Positions 23,440 through 37,189 of a stretch of 64,000 nt of DNA are shown piece by piece (the stretch's first letter is position 1; each line of letters begins with the position of its first letter). Made by a program: the position numbers and the translations under genes. The stretch spans positions 74,904,285 through 74,968,284 of the forward strand of contig JARFYF010000074.1 of assembly GCA_030265395.1 (NCBI GenBank), written 5' to 3'. Below the pieces are notes generated by a model. That model saw nothing but the letters and a program-made list of their open reading frames with translations. It was not told where the DNA came from and did not search any database. This DNA is from Rhina ancylostomus (lineage: Eukaryota).

Positions 23440-26400
23440 TCCTTAATGTCGCTGGGTGTGTCTGGTTCTTGAGCAGCAACTTGCAACCAATCTGCATGGG
23501 TAGTATGGAGTTTAAAATTTTGGGTTCAAAATTTGCATTATAATCCATTTATTCATTTGGAACTTAGTCATTCTGGTCATAAATCTGCTTCTAGATCTCC
23601 TAAAGTGCAAACGATGGGTACTCGAGTCAAAATATTTTAGGGTCGGAGTCGTAGTCTGCAGACTGAATATGAATTTAACAAGTTGGTCCTTTCATGATGT
23701 AATTTTAAGCTTAATATTGTTTTAATACTTCTTCGGACTTGTTAAAGAGTATTAGATATCCTGTGGGAGTTGTGCATTTGTTAATCAGCCAGCAGATTCA
23801 GAAAACTTTCACATTAGTGGGAAAGCAGATGATCTGAGTGAAATAATTGCTTGTATATGTAAGTAACACGAGGACAGGTGTCTTCAGGTGAAATATTCTC
23901 TATCTTATTCTGGTAGGTCTGTGACTTTATCGATACATGTTTGCTTCTAAATGACATCAATGGGAGCATAAAAGAGTGTTAGAGTCTGTAAAATTACAGT
24001 GCAAAAGCTGTGGCTTTGTTCCTTTCTGAAGTGTTCAACTTTCTTACAGCCTCTTACTGCTTACAATCACTTACTCCAGATGAAGCTAAGAGCTTCACTC
24101 GTGTTTTGTATTTCAAGTCACCTGAATAGGCAGCGTTATGTTTTGTATTGAGGGCAGTTTGTGTCTATTCCCAAAGCTCCCATGCCAAGTGCTGCTCATT
24201 AGCATCAACAGCAGCTTACTTTCATTTAAAGGTATGACATTTTAGTGTACATTACTCGAGAGTAAACACAACTCGCATATTGAAATATCCATTCTGTGCC
24301 TATTTGTCAGGATCAAAATGACATTCTGTAATGTCCACAGCTCTGGTTAATGGACTTGATTTCTCTAAAAGGCAAGTTAGCTTCTTCCTCAGAGATTTGT
24401 AAACTCTTGTGGTATGTTGCTTTACTTTGTTACCTCTTAAATAGAACGGGGCAAAAGTTATTAAATTAACAGTTTGTGTCAAATGAGAGCTCTTCAGATT
24501 ACAGCCTGACTTTGTGTACGTGGAGTAAGGGTGCTTTGTAAGTTGCTGTCAGATCAAGATCACAGTTATTGCCCTGAGGTTCTTTAATTTAGGAAACAGA
24601 CAATATTACTGGAAAGACAAACTTAAACTAGGTATGATTTTGTTTGAGATCTGGCTGCTGAGATGGACCATTGCCTTTTGAGTCAATCAAAGCTGAACAC
24701 TCATCTGAAATAGATAAAAGCAGACAATATATTTTGTTTATTTGACAAATCTGCAACATGAATGTAGTGGTTAATTTAAAAAAGGTTTTCTTATTTTGGT
24801 TTGTAATGGGTTTTCAAGATACTTGTTCTGAAGTAAGTTTTTGTGCATGATCTTACTCTTGTTGAATTTATTTTAAGTCTGTTATCTGAGGTAGAGGAAA
24901 CAAACATGGAAAGATGAGCAAATTTCAAATTTGATCAGCTGCACCCTTCATTTGTTGAGTTGAAACTTCATGCTAAAATTTTCCATATATGGCTCTGCTT
25001 ACTCGTTTTTGTTTTTCAGATTTGGAAGCCATTGCAGCACTATGTTCCATGATTTGTGGTGGAAAATTCCGTTGGGAAAAGCAGGGGGAAAATGTACAGA
25101 TGGGTCTCCATGTTGGTTAGAGTTAATGTGCCATGACATAATCCCTTTAACGCATATGCCAGAGCATATGAAGAGCCATCTGAGCTAGTAACTTAGCGGA
25201 TGATGAAATTAAATAATGTGGCAATTTCCTTTCGGCTCCTCATCTGGATATGGTAACTGCACAGTGGGAATTTTCAAGTTTTACGTTTAGCATAAGGTAG
25301 CACTGTCTGAAAAATAAATCATTCTGTCTTGGAGGCAGAAATGCTGCAGGCTGGAGAGTTTGAATCAATGTGAAAAGGAGGGACAGACTGGAATTGTCCT
25401 TGTGTAGGAATCTAATAAACCCGACTGGACTCAACAAAGTAAATCNNNNNNNNNNAGCAGTTGGGTTGCTGATCCTGAAATACATGTCTGACCTCTGCGC
25501 CACATATTGAAACTGTCAATGGCTTTCATCAATTGGATTTTGATAATTGCAATGACATCAGGGACCAGCACTGCACAGTGAAGAAATCTTGGCAGAACGT
25601 CTCAATTAAGCTATCACTAGGCTGTTAAGCCATTGTACATTTTGTGCAGCTGAATTGTCAACCCAGATTTGTGTCGATTTAGGCAGATATTGTCATTTTG
25701 TCGCTTTTTCAGTGAAGCAGTTTTATTTCTTATTAAGCCCATTTGAAATATTCACTGGCCTTTCATCTGGTAGCTGAATAATGCTGAAGAAAATAATTGC
25801 TGCATTTAATTACATAAATAATCTGTGCATTTCAAAAATTAATGATGTGTTTGATATGGAAGACAGCATGAATGTGACATAACGTACTTTGAGTTCCAGT
25901 TTTTACTCCTATTTTGCAGCTATTAATGCTAATGAAATGGAGAGCCAAATGCTCCTTCCTATGGGGTTGCAAAGCTGTCCCCAATAGTGTTCTTTGAGCA
26001 GTCAACCTGCATTGCAAACACCAGGGTTCTGAATGACTACCCAACAAAAATGCGAGTGCCCCAGTGTTTGTACAGGACTCCATGTAATGGTCACATAGCA
26101 AAGTAGTGTAAATTACTCAGCAGGAGATAGATGAGGTTGTCTGCCAGTTGAGACAGCCATTTCCACACTTGTCATCTTTCAGCCATGTGGTAAGTGATTC
26201 TGCAATCTGTATGACTTTCCTTGATCATAAATATCACTTGCAATATTTTCCTAAATGTTGACAGTTCCGCTTCCAAAGTGGCCTGGGCATCTGTGGACCA
26301 GAAGCTACAAGGATCAATTAACACCCATTTTGAGCCATTAATCATGCAAACTTTTCTTTGCCTTTGTAGTAGATCATGAACTAGGTGCTTTCATGTGCGA

Positions 26401-27160
26401 TACATATGATTACATCTTCCCCTTATTTGCACTAGATGATGGAATTATTCAGACAATCCCCATTTCTGGCGCCTCGGGGGGATAAAAATGGAAGCTCAAG
26501 GGTGAATCCTTCATCTGTTATGGCACATTTTTCCTCTAACTGTGATGATACTTTGCCCCGTTTTACAGTCTATAATGGGATATATTGGGAAATTTGGCTG
26601 ATTATTGGATGTTTACCAATTGGATTAAATATTGGCTGTTTACCAAGAGTGTCCAAACTAAAAGAGTTTTCCCAGCATTTAGTTGCTGAGATGCTCACAC
26701 TAGAGGGTAGCTCAGCATGGCATCCTGTTGCTCATTGAGAACTGTAGTCTGCCTGCGAATGGCATCTCTGCTCGAGATAGACAACTGCTCCCTGGTGCCA
26801 CACCACTGTTCCTGAGGAGCTTCAAGTTGCTCTTATGTGGCAGAGAGCAAATCTCTCACCTCACCTGGATAAGACAGTGTTCAGGTAGCAAAACTTCATG
26901 TGGCTTCTGTCTGTGCCTCAGCAGCAGCTGGCTCCTGAATTGGTCAGCTGTGTGTGTGGTGGGATTGCAGCTGGTCCCTTAAAGAAGTATGTATAACCCC
27001 CTCCCAAGAGTTCTGGTCAAGCTTTGGATCCCCACAACTTCATTTGAGGAGATTGCCATGGACTCCTGTAATCTATGAGACAAATGTGACAGCTTGTAAA
27101 CTATATCACTGTACATCTACATCAGTTGAGTCATGAAAGCATCCTGGTTGTGGTCATCTC

Positions 27161-27279
27161 AGGCAAATGGTCCAGAAGTTCAGTGTATTTTATGAGGAGA
27201 TTCGCCACCCTTCTTCTCACAGAGGATGGTGAATCTCTGTAATCCTCAGCCCCGAGGGTTGCGGATGCTCCATCATTGG
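27161..27279 (+). repeat. 119-bp segment duplicated in inverted orientation at 38019-38137
   Basis: Reverse complement is identical except for one base; the 3' half is a CR1 fragment. Confidence 0.95.
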
Positions 27280-27842
27280 GGGGTTTAAAAAAGTTTAAAA
27301 GAGAAAAAGTTCTCTCAGGCAGTACATGCAGGTGGATGTCCCCCTCTGGCAAGTCTCACAGAAGTTCCCATTTAGTGTTTCAAACATTTTTTCTGGACAA
27401 CTGAATGGGTGTTCATGCTAAATGAAGCCAGGGTTGAGTGCTAAAAATGGTGAAACTCAATTACTGATTATTTATTTATGACCTCCTTGAAGATACTTTA
27501 CGGATGATTTTGATTTAAGTGACATAGAATTCAGGTTGCCAACCAATTAAGGCCATTGTTTATTTTAAAGTGGTTAATGTTCTTGCATTTTTGGGAGATT
27601 TGAGTGAGGTTACAAACTCCTTGGTCACCCAACACTTTGTTTCCTCCCATAATCTGGTCAGTTGGATTCTATAGTACTAAAACTGTTTATGGGTTTGGAG
27701 TCTTCAGGCTTTAGCCAGTTGTTCTGAGGTGAATGAAAAGAGCTGATTTCTCTTTTCCCCCGCCCCCCCCCCCAACCCCTCCACTTTTTTAAGTTGTCCT
27801 TTGTCAGAAAGCACGTGGCCTTTGAAGATGTCTTCCTCAGTA

Positions 27843-28856
27843 CAGGTTGTCCCCAGGTTATGGCAAGGTTCTGTTCCTTAGAACTGTTCATAACCCAGAC
27901 ATTTGCAAATCAGAAATGTGACCATGAACTGAGTTCCNNNNNNNNNNNNNNNNNNNNNNNNNNNNNNNNNNNNNNNNNNNNNNNNNNNNNNNNNNNNNNN
28001 NNNNNNNNNNNNNNNNNNNNNNNNNNNNNNNNNNNNNNNNNNNNNNNNNNNNNNNNNNNNNNNNNNNNNNNNNNNNNNNNNNNNNNNNNNNNNNNNNNNN
28101 NNNNNNNNNNNNNNNNNNNNNNNNNNNNNNNNNNNNNNNNNNNNNNNNNNNNNNNNNNNNNNNNNNNNNNNNNNNNNNNNNNNNNNNNNNNNNNNNNNNN
28201 NNNNNNNNNNNNNNNNNNNNNNNNNNNNNNNNNNNNNNNNNNNNNNNNNNNNNNNNNNNNNNNNNNNNNNNNNNNNNNNNNNNNNNNNNNNNNNNNNNNN
28301 NNNNNNNNNNNNNNNNNNNNNNNNNNNNNNNNNNNNNNNNNNNNNNNNNNNNNNNNNNNNNNNNNNNNNNNNNNNNNNNNNNNNNNNNNNNNNNNNNNNN
28401 NNNNNNNNNNNNNNNNNNNNNNNNNNNNNNNNNNNNNNNNNNNNNNNNNNNNNNNNNNNNNNNNNNNNNNNNNNNNNNNNNNNNNNNNNNNNNNNNNNNN
28501 NNNNNNNNNNNNNNNNNNNNNNNNNNNNNNNNNNNNNNNNNNNNNNNNNNNNNNNNNNNNNNNNNNNNNNNNNNNNNNNNNNNNNNNNNNNNNNNNNNNN
28601 NNNNNNNNNNNNNNNNNNNNNNNNNNNNNNNNNNNNNNNNNNNNNNNNNNNNNNNNNNNNNNNNNNNNNNNNNNNNNNNNNNNNNNNNNNNNNNNNNNNN
28701 NNNNNNNNNNNNNNNNNNNNNNNNNNNNNNNNNNNNNNNNNNNNNNNNNNNNNNNNNNNNNNNNNNNNNNNNNNNNNNNNNNNNNNNNNNCCCAAATGCA
28801 CAATTGTACATACAGGCTGTACATAAGTTGAGCGTTTGTAACCTGGGGAGGACCTG
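27843..28856. mobile_element. Tc1/mariner (Tigger/pogo-like) non-autonomous DNA transposon spanning an N gap
   Basis: TA-CAGGTTGTCCCCAGGTTA ... TAACCTGGGGAGGACCTG-TA: 18-bp TIRs with 2 mismatches and a TA target-site duplication on both sides. Confidence 0.8.
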
Positions 28857-29029
28857 TACTGAGACCATTGTGAACGTTTGTGTCATAAAATGGGCTACAG
28901 TTTGGATGTCTTTCTGTGGTCATGAAATCTGAAGCATAATTCATCATTGATCATTTACATATGCATTTTTCTCTTGATGTAAGTGTGATGAGCAGAATTA
29001 TGTCACAGACCCTGTTGCTTGGTGTCATC

Positions 29030-30770
29030 GTCATTGAGCTGTACAGGACAGAAAGGGGCCTGACTTGTCCATGCTGACCACGAGACCTATCTTTGCTAAT
29101 CCCACTGCATTAATCCTGTATCCCTCTGTGCCTTTTCTACCCAAATACTTGTCTAAATGCCTTTTGAGACATTGTAATTGTTTCTTCCTTTACCACCTTC
29201 TCTGGAAGCTCTTTACATATAACTACCGTATTCTGTGTGGAAAAACTTGCTCCTTAGATCACCTTTTAAATTTCTCCCCTCTCACCTTCCACCCATACCC
29301 TTTAGTTTTAGACTCCACTACCTTGGGAAAAAGATTCTTACTGAGCCTATCTATGCCCCTCATAATCTTTTGAGTCTCTGAGTTCACCCCTGAGCCACCT
29401 ATTCTCCAGTGAGAACAAGCCCAGCCTATTCCAGTCTCTCCTTTTTAATGAAAGCCCTCCATTCCAGGCAGCATTCTGGCGAATCTCTTCTGTACTCTTT
29501 CTGATGCCGTCACATCCTTCCTGTAGTGTGGCAGCGAGAGAACTATACACAATACTCCAGGTGCAGTCTCACTGATGTTTTGTACAGCTGCACATGATGT
29601 TCCTTTCCTTTGACTGACTACCTTGGCCGATATAGGCAAGCATGCCAAATGCTGCCTTTGTTGCCTTTGACTTGTACCCCAAGGCCTCTTTGTATATCAA
29701 CACTTTTAAGGTTCCTGCCACTTATTGGATATGCTCTCCCAACGTCCGCCATCCCAAAGTCTGGATGAAGTTCCAACTCTCACCTTTCTGCCCAACTTTA
29801 CAGCTAATCAATATCCCCGTATCCCTAGAAAACCTCCTTTGCTGTCTATGATTCCACCAATTTTTGTGTTGTCAGCAAACTTACTAATCAGACCACAGAC
29901 ATTCTCATCCAAATAAATTATTTTATATGTAACACCACTTGTTGCAGACTTCCAATCAGAAAAGCAATCCTCCATCACTACCTTTGCCTTCTATTATCAA
30001 GCCAGTTTTGGATCCAGTTTGCCAACACAGCTTGCATCCCTGTGCATCTAGACCAGCCTATTGTGTGGGACCTTGGCAAAAGCCTTGCTAAATTCCATGT
30101 GTACAATGTCCACTATCACTTACCTCCTCAGAAAACTTGATCAGATTTGTGAGACAGGATTTCCCCTAATCAGTCCCTGCCTTTCCACATGAACATAAAT
30201 CTTGTGGCTTAGAATTTTCCCCCACTAATTTCCCTGCTATTGATACAAAATTCATTAGCCTACAGTTTCCTTGCTTATCGCGACTGCCCTATTTGAATAA
30301 GGGGGCAACAATTGTTACCCTCCAGTCTCTGGTACGTCACCTGAGACTAAAGGTGCAAAAAAACACTCAGAGTCCCAGTTAAACTCCTTCCTTGCTTCTC
30401 AGAACATCCTGAGATAGATCCCATCAGGTCCTCAGGATTTCTCCACCATAATGTGTGCCAATATCTTTAACATTTCCTTCTTCCTGATACAAACGTGTTC
30501 CAGAATATCAGCACACCCCTCCCCTATCTCTCCATCCTGCACATCCCAAACCCTGGTGAATATCGATAAGAAGTATTCATTTTGGATCCCACTCGTATCC
30601 CCTGAAACTACACACAGATTTCCCCATATTTCCCTGAGGTGACATATTCTTTCCCTAGCTAGCCCTTGCTTCTAAAATACTTAAAAATGGTTTTGGGATT
30701 CTCCTTAATCCTGCTTGCCAAGGCCGTTTCATGTCCCCTTGTTGCTCTCCAAACTACTTTTGAAACAACT
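29030..30770 (-). mobile_element. Older CR1 LINE, about 1.7 kb of ORF2 plus 3' tail
   Basis: PHYRKDVTASERVQKRFARMLPGMEG, RLGLFSLENRWLRG and RGHETALASRIKENPKTIFKYFRSK, with many frameshifts. Confidence 0.9.
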
Positions 30771-33479
30771 GGGGCTGTTCGAAGTGGAGACTGCACTCCC
30801 ATTCTACCCACTTCACTGCAGGATACAAGCTGATTAATGCAACACAATTTTGCTTCTGCTCCATTTCAAAATTAGATGCTGTGTTGATCACTCTTCACGG
30901 CAAATAGTAGTTATAAGATGCATAGTAATAACATGTAGTTCCAGTGTACTGTGTTATCAAACCAGTAATCATTGCATTGTCTGTATTTTTCCTTGTTGTG
31001 ATAAAATAATTAGCATGGTGAAATGTGCAAAGTAGATCTCACCCCCTTCTTTCCAAACAACAATCCCTTTAGATAGAGAAAGCTTGCTCTTTGTTGTCAC
31101 AACATTGAGAGTTTTAGGTTAAACTCTGAATAAGTTTAAGTTAGTCAAAATAACTTTGCAGATTTACAGTATGCAATTCCTGCAAGAAGAGAATAAACCC
31201 CGATATTGTTTTGAATCTTGTGTCTTTTGCACAGATGCAGTTTGGTAAGCCTATTTATACTTTGTCAGAGTGCCAGTACAAATCTAACAGAAAGTGACTT
31301 GGAAATATCAGAAAGTCATTGCAGAGAGGTTCAGAATNNNNNNNNNNNNNNNNNNNNNNNNNNNNNNNNNNNNNNNNNNNNNNNNNNNNNNNNNNNNNNN
31401 NNNNNNNAATATGACCTTGGAATTTTATTTTGAATTTTTTTCCCATGCACTGAGGTTGAAAATGACTTTGTGTAAGCAGTATGGTTTAAAAGAGTGAATT
31501 GACATCTGAAAATAAGCAAAGGTGGTTGTACTTCATATTAAAATTATAATCGCTTCTCTGTGGAATGTTGTAACTTGCATTTCATGTTGTACTGAGGGAC
31601 TGGGGACAATTTTATCTTAATCCACCTACTGAGAAGCAGAGTGGATTTGATGCAGTTCTGGCTTTACAACCTACTTGAAAACTCTCCACTTGACTTTACT
31701 TTCAATTGAAGTTGATTAGTGCCAGTGGAGTGGAGCAATATTCTTGAGGAGTCCAAGTCTTGAAGTAAAAGATACTTGAGATGACTCTTCTCAAAAAAAA
31801 AGGAATAAAACAAGAGAGCAAGAAGGAAGTGTAAAAGTACAGCAGTATGCTATGCTTTTGATTCCAGCCACAAACAATTTTAAATAGAAGTACAACAAAA
31901 TTTGCAGTTGCCATGTTCAAGTCTTCCAGCAGAATAGGTAGAATTTCTTGTGATATTCCACTTTGCTGCAGTTGGAAAATTTAACTGTCTCTTTTGGATG
32001 AATGTCATTCTCTGAGGTGTTTGCAAGGAGATGCTGGTAACTGAAGGTGTGTCCTTCTGTAATCCCTTCAAGCTAACTTCTTGAATGTTGTCATCTTCCT
32101 CCTAATGATGAAAAAATCCCCATTGGTAAATTATTTCCTCAATCCACAGCACTAAATTTCAATGGTGATGTAAAACCACTAGTTGAGAACTAGCTGTTTC
32201 CTGTTCAACCCTCCTGTTTTTCCTTTCAATAGAAAACAGAGAATAATACTCAAATTGAGTTTTTAAAAAAGTTAAAGAATCCTTAAGCGAAGCTCCAGAG
32301 CAAGAATCAAACAAAAGATCTTTGAGGTCAAACATTTTGTTCATTTCAATCAAGAAATCAAAATTGACTTTAGTTATATGGTAACTACCTCGGGGAATCC
32401 ATGGTGTTATTTGTCCTGTGCCAGATATTGTGTCCTTGGAGATGGGGATTGANNNNNNNNNNNNNNNNNNNNNNNNNNNNNNNNNNNNNNNNNNNNNNNN
32501 NNNNNNNNNNNNNNNNNNNNNNNNNNNNNNNNNNNNNNNNNNNNNNNNNNNNGAGGAAATAGTTATGAATATTGATAATGCAGTGCAAATGTGGGAATAT
32601 GAGCTGAGGAGCACTGGGTTGGCTGCTCTGCCATTAGGCAACTTTTGAGAAAGAGAATCTTGAAGCAATTTTTTTTTGGACAATTTGGCAAACCCAGTGC
32701 AGACCACTTGTACAGCCACATTCAAAAGCATTGTCATTTAGCCAGAATTATCTTTTGTTGCCTTAATGCAAATGTTTATCATTGCCGATCCTAATATAAC
32801 TGTCCAAAACTTTCAGGGAGTCTAGAAAAAGATCAGTAGAGTTGCTCTTCTGTTGATGACATTGTGCCAATTGCAGTGGCTTTTACAGGGGGCTCTTGCT
32901 GGTTGGCCATTTTGCAAGATATCTGATCAGTGTCTGTCTGTTTATTGGAGGCACAGCTGAGGAGGCTTCACAATGTTCGGGTATTTGAAATGATTTTTGC
33001 TTGGTCATGCGGATCGTGAATGCTCCTCTCGGCAACTGTTGTTTTCCACACTGCGTACTCCCAATAATCTCAGCAGTTTTGTAACTTTGCATGATTTTGT
33101 TTGCTGTTGATTGGCTGACCTCTGTGATACCATACCAATGGACAAGTTCTGTTTGGAAATTGGAACAAAAAAATTACAGATATTGGAAATTTGAAACAAA
33201 ACCAGAAAATGCAGGAAGTGCTCTGTGGGGAGAAAAAAGGGAGTGACTGGAAGAGCAAGAGGAAGAGGTAGTTTTATGTTTCAGCAAGTGGAAGGTGGCG
33301 AACTGGGGGTATCTCTGTGATTAGGTGCAGACTGATCCATCCACTGATGTTTGACCTGGTGTATGATTGCAGCATTTTCTGGGTTTTTTTTTGTTTCCAT
33401 TTGGAAAGTCTCTGGTAGCTGAAGCTCACTATGTCTATTTAAGTAAGTCTGGGATTCACTGGTTCAAGTTACCGAAGTT

Positions 33480-33572
33480 AGAATCTGCCCCTTGGCATTC
33501 AGCCCCGGCTACCTCATAACTAGGATGGAAATAAGTCATCTTCAAGTCCAAGGGACTGCTTGATGAGGGGAA
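33480..33572 (+). mobile_element. RTE LINE extreme 3' end
   Basis: ggatggaaataagtcatcttcaagtccaagggactgcttgatga resembles the RTE terminus. Confidence 0.45.
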
Positions 33573-34524
33573 CTAGATAAAAATCATCTGAACTCCAATT
33601 AATTTAATCACATAAGAACTGTAAACCTGAGTGTTGGGAATGAGGCACTGTGACACTTTGAGTGAACTAAAGTGTGGCATAACTATTAATTCCTGAGCAA
33701 TGTACCTCAAATCAATTTTATAAGCGGTCATTGATGTTGTCAGGAAAAGCTCTGCGGGCTGAAAATATTTCTTTAATAACAATGATTTAACTACAATCTC
33801 AATAGATTTGAAATTTCATTAGCAAAATAAGCAGAAAACTATCATCTACATTCACATTTAATTGCTATGACAACCGAAGATGAAACAACAACCGATGAGA
33901 TTTCTTCTGCTCTTTTAAGGTGAATGTAATCTTTCATGAGTTCCATTTTATTTGATTTGCTTTAAATGGGTTTAACTAATCTTGTTTGGGTGTCATTTAA
34001 TCCAACTGTAGTTTGGTTATTTTAAATCATTGTAATTGGATTGCTCTATGACATTTAGGAAGGAAGTGTAAAATATAATGTGACGCAAGTTTGATGACCT
34101 CATTGACACTGAAAGAGGAAACTTTCAAGGCCTCATTTCTTGTAAAATCTGATGGAATGTACAACATCCTGAAAAGTGCAAACTCCTTTCAATTGGTAAA
34201 TTTTATTTTTTAAGCTCTTTTGTCCTTAAAAGATGCCAACTATCTCTGCCTGGATGCACAAATGTGTATGTGAGAATGAAAGACTGTATGTAATTGGTTT
34301 GAAATAAGTTTAAAAAGGTTCGATTAAAGTGAAGAACACATCACAGCTGGCTTAGTGTTCAGGATTTTCTCGTGTCTGAGAAGTGGAGAAGAAATGAAGA
34401 ATGTTGGAGGTCAATTTATCACAAAATAAATGGAAATAGTGGTTAGATAGGAATATCACTAAGAAGTAATGTTTAATTCCATTAATATGTATAGTGATGC
34501 TATTATTTGAACACCAACCAAAAC

Positions 34525-34835
34525 CACACGGTTCCAGAGACCCAGGTTCAATCCTGAAATCTGGTGATGTCTGTGTGGAGTTTGCATGTTCTCTCTGACT
34601 GCACGGGTTTCCTCCGGATGCTCCAATTTCATCCCCATCCCAAAGATGTGGATTGATTGGTAAATTCACCACAGTAAGTTGCCCCCAGTGTATAGGTGAA
34701 TGGTAAAATCTGGGCGGAGTTGATAGGAATATGGGAAGAATAAAATGGGATTACTGTTAAATGGGTGCTTGATGGTTGGTGCAGGTTGAGTAGGCTGAAG
34801 GGTCTGTTTCTGTGTAGCAGAGATTCTATGACTCT
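34525..34835 (+). mobile_element. HE1/V-SINE (tRNA-derived), 5' end truncated
   Basis: B box ggttcaatcc (34545-34554), V-domain tgtctgtgtggagtttgcatgttctc...gggtttcctccggatgctcc, and CR1-like tail ending ctatgactct. Confidence 0.9.
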
Positions 34836-35884
34836 TAAACCAGCTTTATGTAATTAATCAGGTACAGACTTGATAGAAAAGGTGGAAACTCATTACAAGT
34901 ACCAAAGCAATGACATGGCTATGTGGAGTGTGCAGAATTCTATTTAGCATTTTACAGTGAAAAAGAGATTTGAACACTGGAGGGAGTACAGAAAATTTGG
35001 TTGAATCTTAGTCTAATAGCGTTGAAGAGCGTGATGTTATTTATTCTGGAGAAGGGAGGCTCAGGAGGATGTCATTGAAATATTCAGAATTACTGTAGGA
35101 ATAGTTAATTGATTTAGGTAATGGGTTTGTAATTGGTACAATTTTAAAATTAGCATTTCTGGGCCCAAGACATTTTGGGTCTCGGGAGCCAAGTCAGGTA
35201 CTGTATGCTTCCCTTTTGGAGTAAATATATACATGAAGATATAACAAAGTCCCGGACCATTTGGCCAAGCCAGTTCGCTCACAGCGTTTGTGCCAAACTG
35301 AATCGTGAGCAAATAGAATTGTATTTAACTACAATTGTCCTATATTTCTTAAATCGTCTTTTAATAATTCAGTTTATCCATCTAACAGTTTGATGTTGAA
35401 TGCTGACTTGTTTCTTCTGCGCCCACTACCCTGAGTGTGAATTCAGCAGTTTGCAGTCGTCTGTGTTAATCTTTCGCATTACATTTTGCATCTCCTGAAC
35501 CTCTCCACCTCCATCCAATAATTGCTGTAATTTGAACCTTTCAATCACATTTGAATATTACTATCCCTTCACATTTCTTCTTAATTTTCAACACTTTTTC
35601 TGTATTGCTATGTATGAATGAAACTTCTCCCTCTCAGCTCCTCAATTTTTGACCCTCTGTGTATTGCCTCAGATATCATCCTGTTGATAACACATTATTG
35701 TCTCCTTTAAAGTTTCAGTACCAATGATGAAAGCTCTAACAAAGTCACAATTAGATTTCATAATGACTCATTATTACCAAATAGCTTTTAAATTCTGTAC
35801 CTCTTGTGATAAACGTTGAATCCAATGAGACTTATTTTTTTGGTTTATTGGCCTCCGGTCCTACCTGTTAATGTCCTGTCAACT

Positions 35885-36136
35885 TGTATTTTAAAAATTT
35901 TAATTTAAATTTTATTTACAGCGTGCTAACAGGTCCTTCCGACCCAACGAGTCTGCACCGCCCATTTTAAACCCCATATTAACCTACCCATATATCTTTA
36001 GAATGTGGGAGGAAACTGGAGGAAACCCATGCAGACAAGGGAGAATGTACAAACTCCTTACAGACAGCGGGAATCGAACCCCGATCGCTGGCACTGTAAT
36101 AGTATTGCGCTAACCACTACGCTACCGTGCCACCCC
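35885..36136 (-). mobile_element. Full-length HE1/V-SINE
   Basis: Minus strand reads GGGTGGCACGG-TAGCGTAGTGG (A box)...GGTTCGATTCCC (B box)...GGAGTTTGTACATTCTCCC (V-domain), then an AT-rich tail. Confidence 0.9.
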
Positions 36137-37189
36137 AAATTTCTCAAATCCTGAAGCTCTTTGGCCACACTGTGCCAACTTCAATACAAAATATCATTTC
36201 TCCTACTATTTTATTACTGTCCCATACATACTAATACCGAATTTTATCTGTACATTTTAAACCAGACACCATTCTTTTGAACACCTCTTCTCAGTTTCCT
36301 TATGTGTGCCAAACAAGCACTGATATCCCTTATTGCCCATGTAGGTTTGTTGAATTGTATATCATAGACCTTTGCTCAACTGCTCTGGACCTCCTACTGA
36401 GTGCCATAATATCTCTTCAATGGTTTATTTGTGGTTGACGTGTGAGTTTCATTCCATCCCATGATACTTCCATTTTTAATGGCAGTGATATGATGAGACC
36501 TGCAATGTTAATTTATGAAGAAAATAATGCTGCACTTTTTTTTATTTAACACATTGCTTTAAATTTCCTTTTTAGAGTGCTGATTTTAATCAATGGCTTC
36601 TAGGTAACTGTAGCAACTTTGGTCATGCCACAAGTCCGATACAGGTTTCAGAATTGTGGGTTCAATTTCAAAGTCGGTGAGGATGAAATATTCATTAAAT
36701 ACCTGATGCTTCCCCTCCCCTCCCACTCTACCATGAGGAATATGAAACCTGAGAGATCATTTCCAGCTGTTTGGCTGTTCCTAGACAGCTATGCACATTG
36801 CCATTATATAGTAATCTGTCTTGCTCTTCAGCTGCAGTCCACAAATGGTTTTAGTAATGAAGAAAGATTGGGAGTAAAATGGACATGGTGCACCAAAAAA
36901 AATGGCTATTTTGTGATCCGGCAGCAGTTTCATTACTTAACCCTGGTATGAATAAACCAGCTAGAAAACCGGTACAGTGATTTATTGTATTGTTGCTGTT
37001 TTTGTTTTCTTGTTTCAAAATCACACGCTGCTGTATTCCCTTTATGTTGACTAGTGTGCAACTGAAGGAGTTCACAGGATTCCTAGATCTGAGCACAAGC
37101 GTCTGAAATGTTTTTTCCTAGTGACAAATATAAGAAAGGGCCTCCCCTGCCTGTCTGGGGTTCCAGTGACAAAGGGCGTATAAGATCTG

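Noticed and set aside
36060-36136. tRNA-like A/B boxes
   Set aside because: They are the head of a V-SINE, not a tRNA gene.
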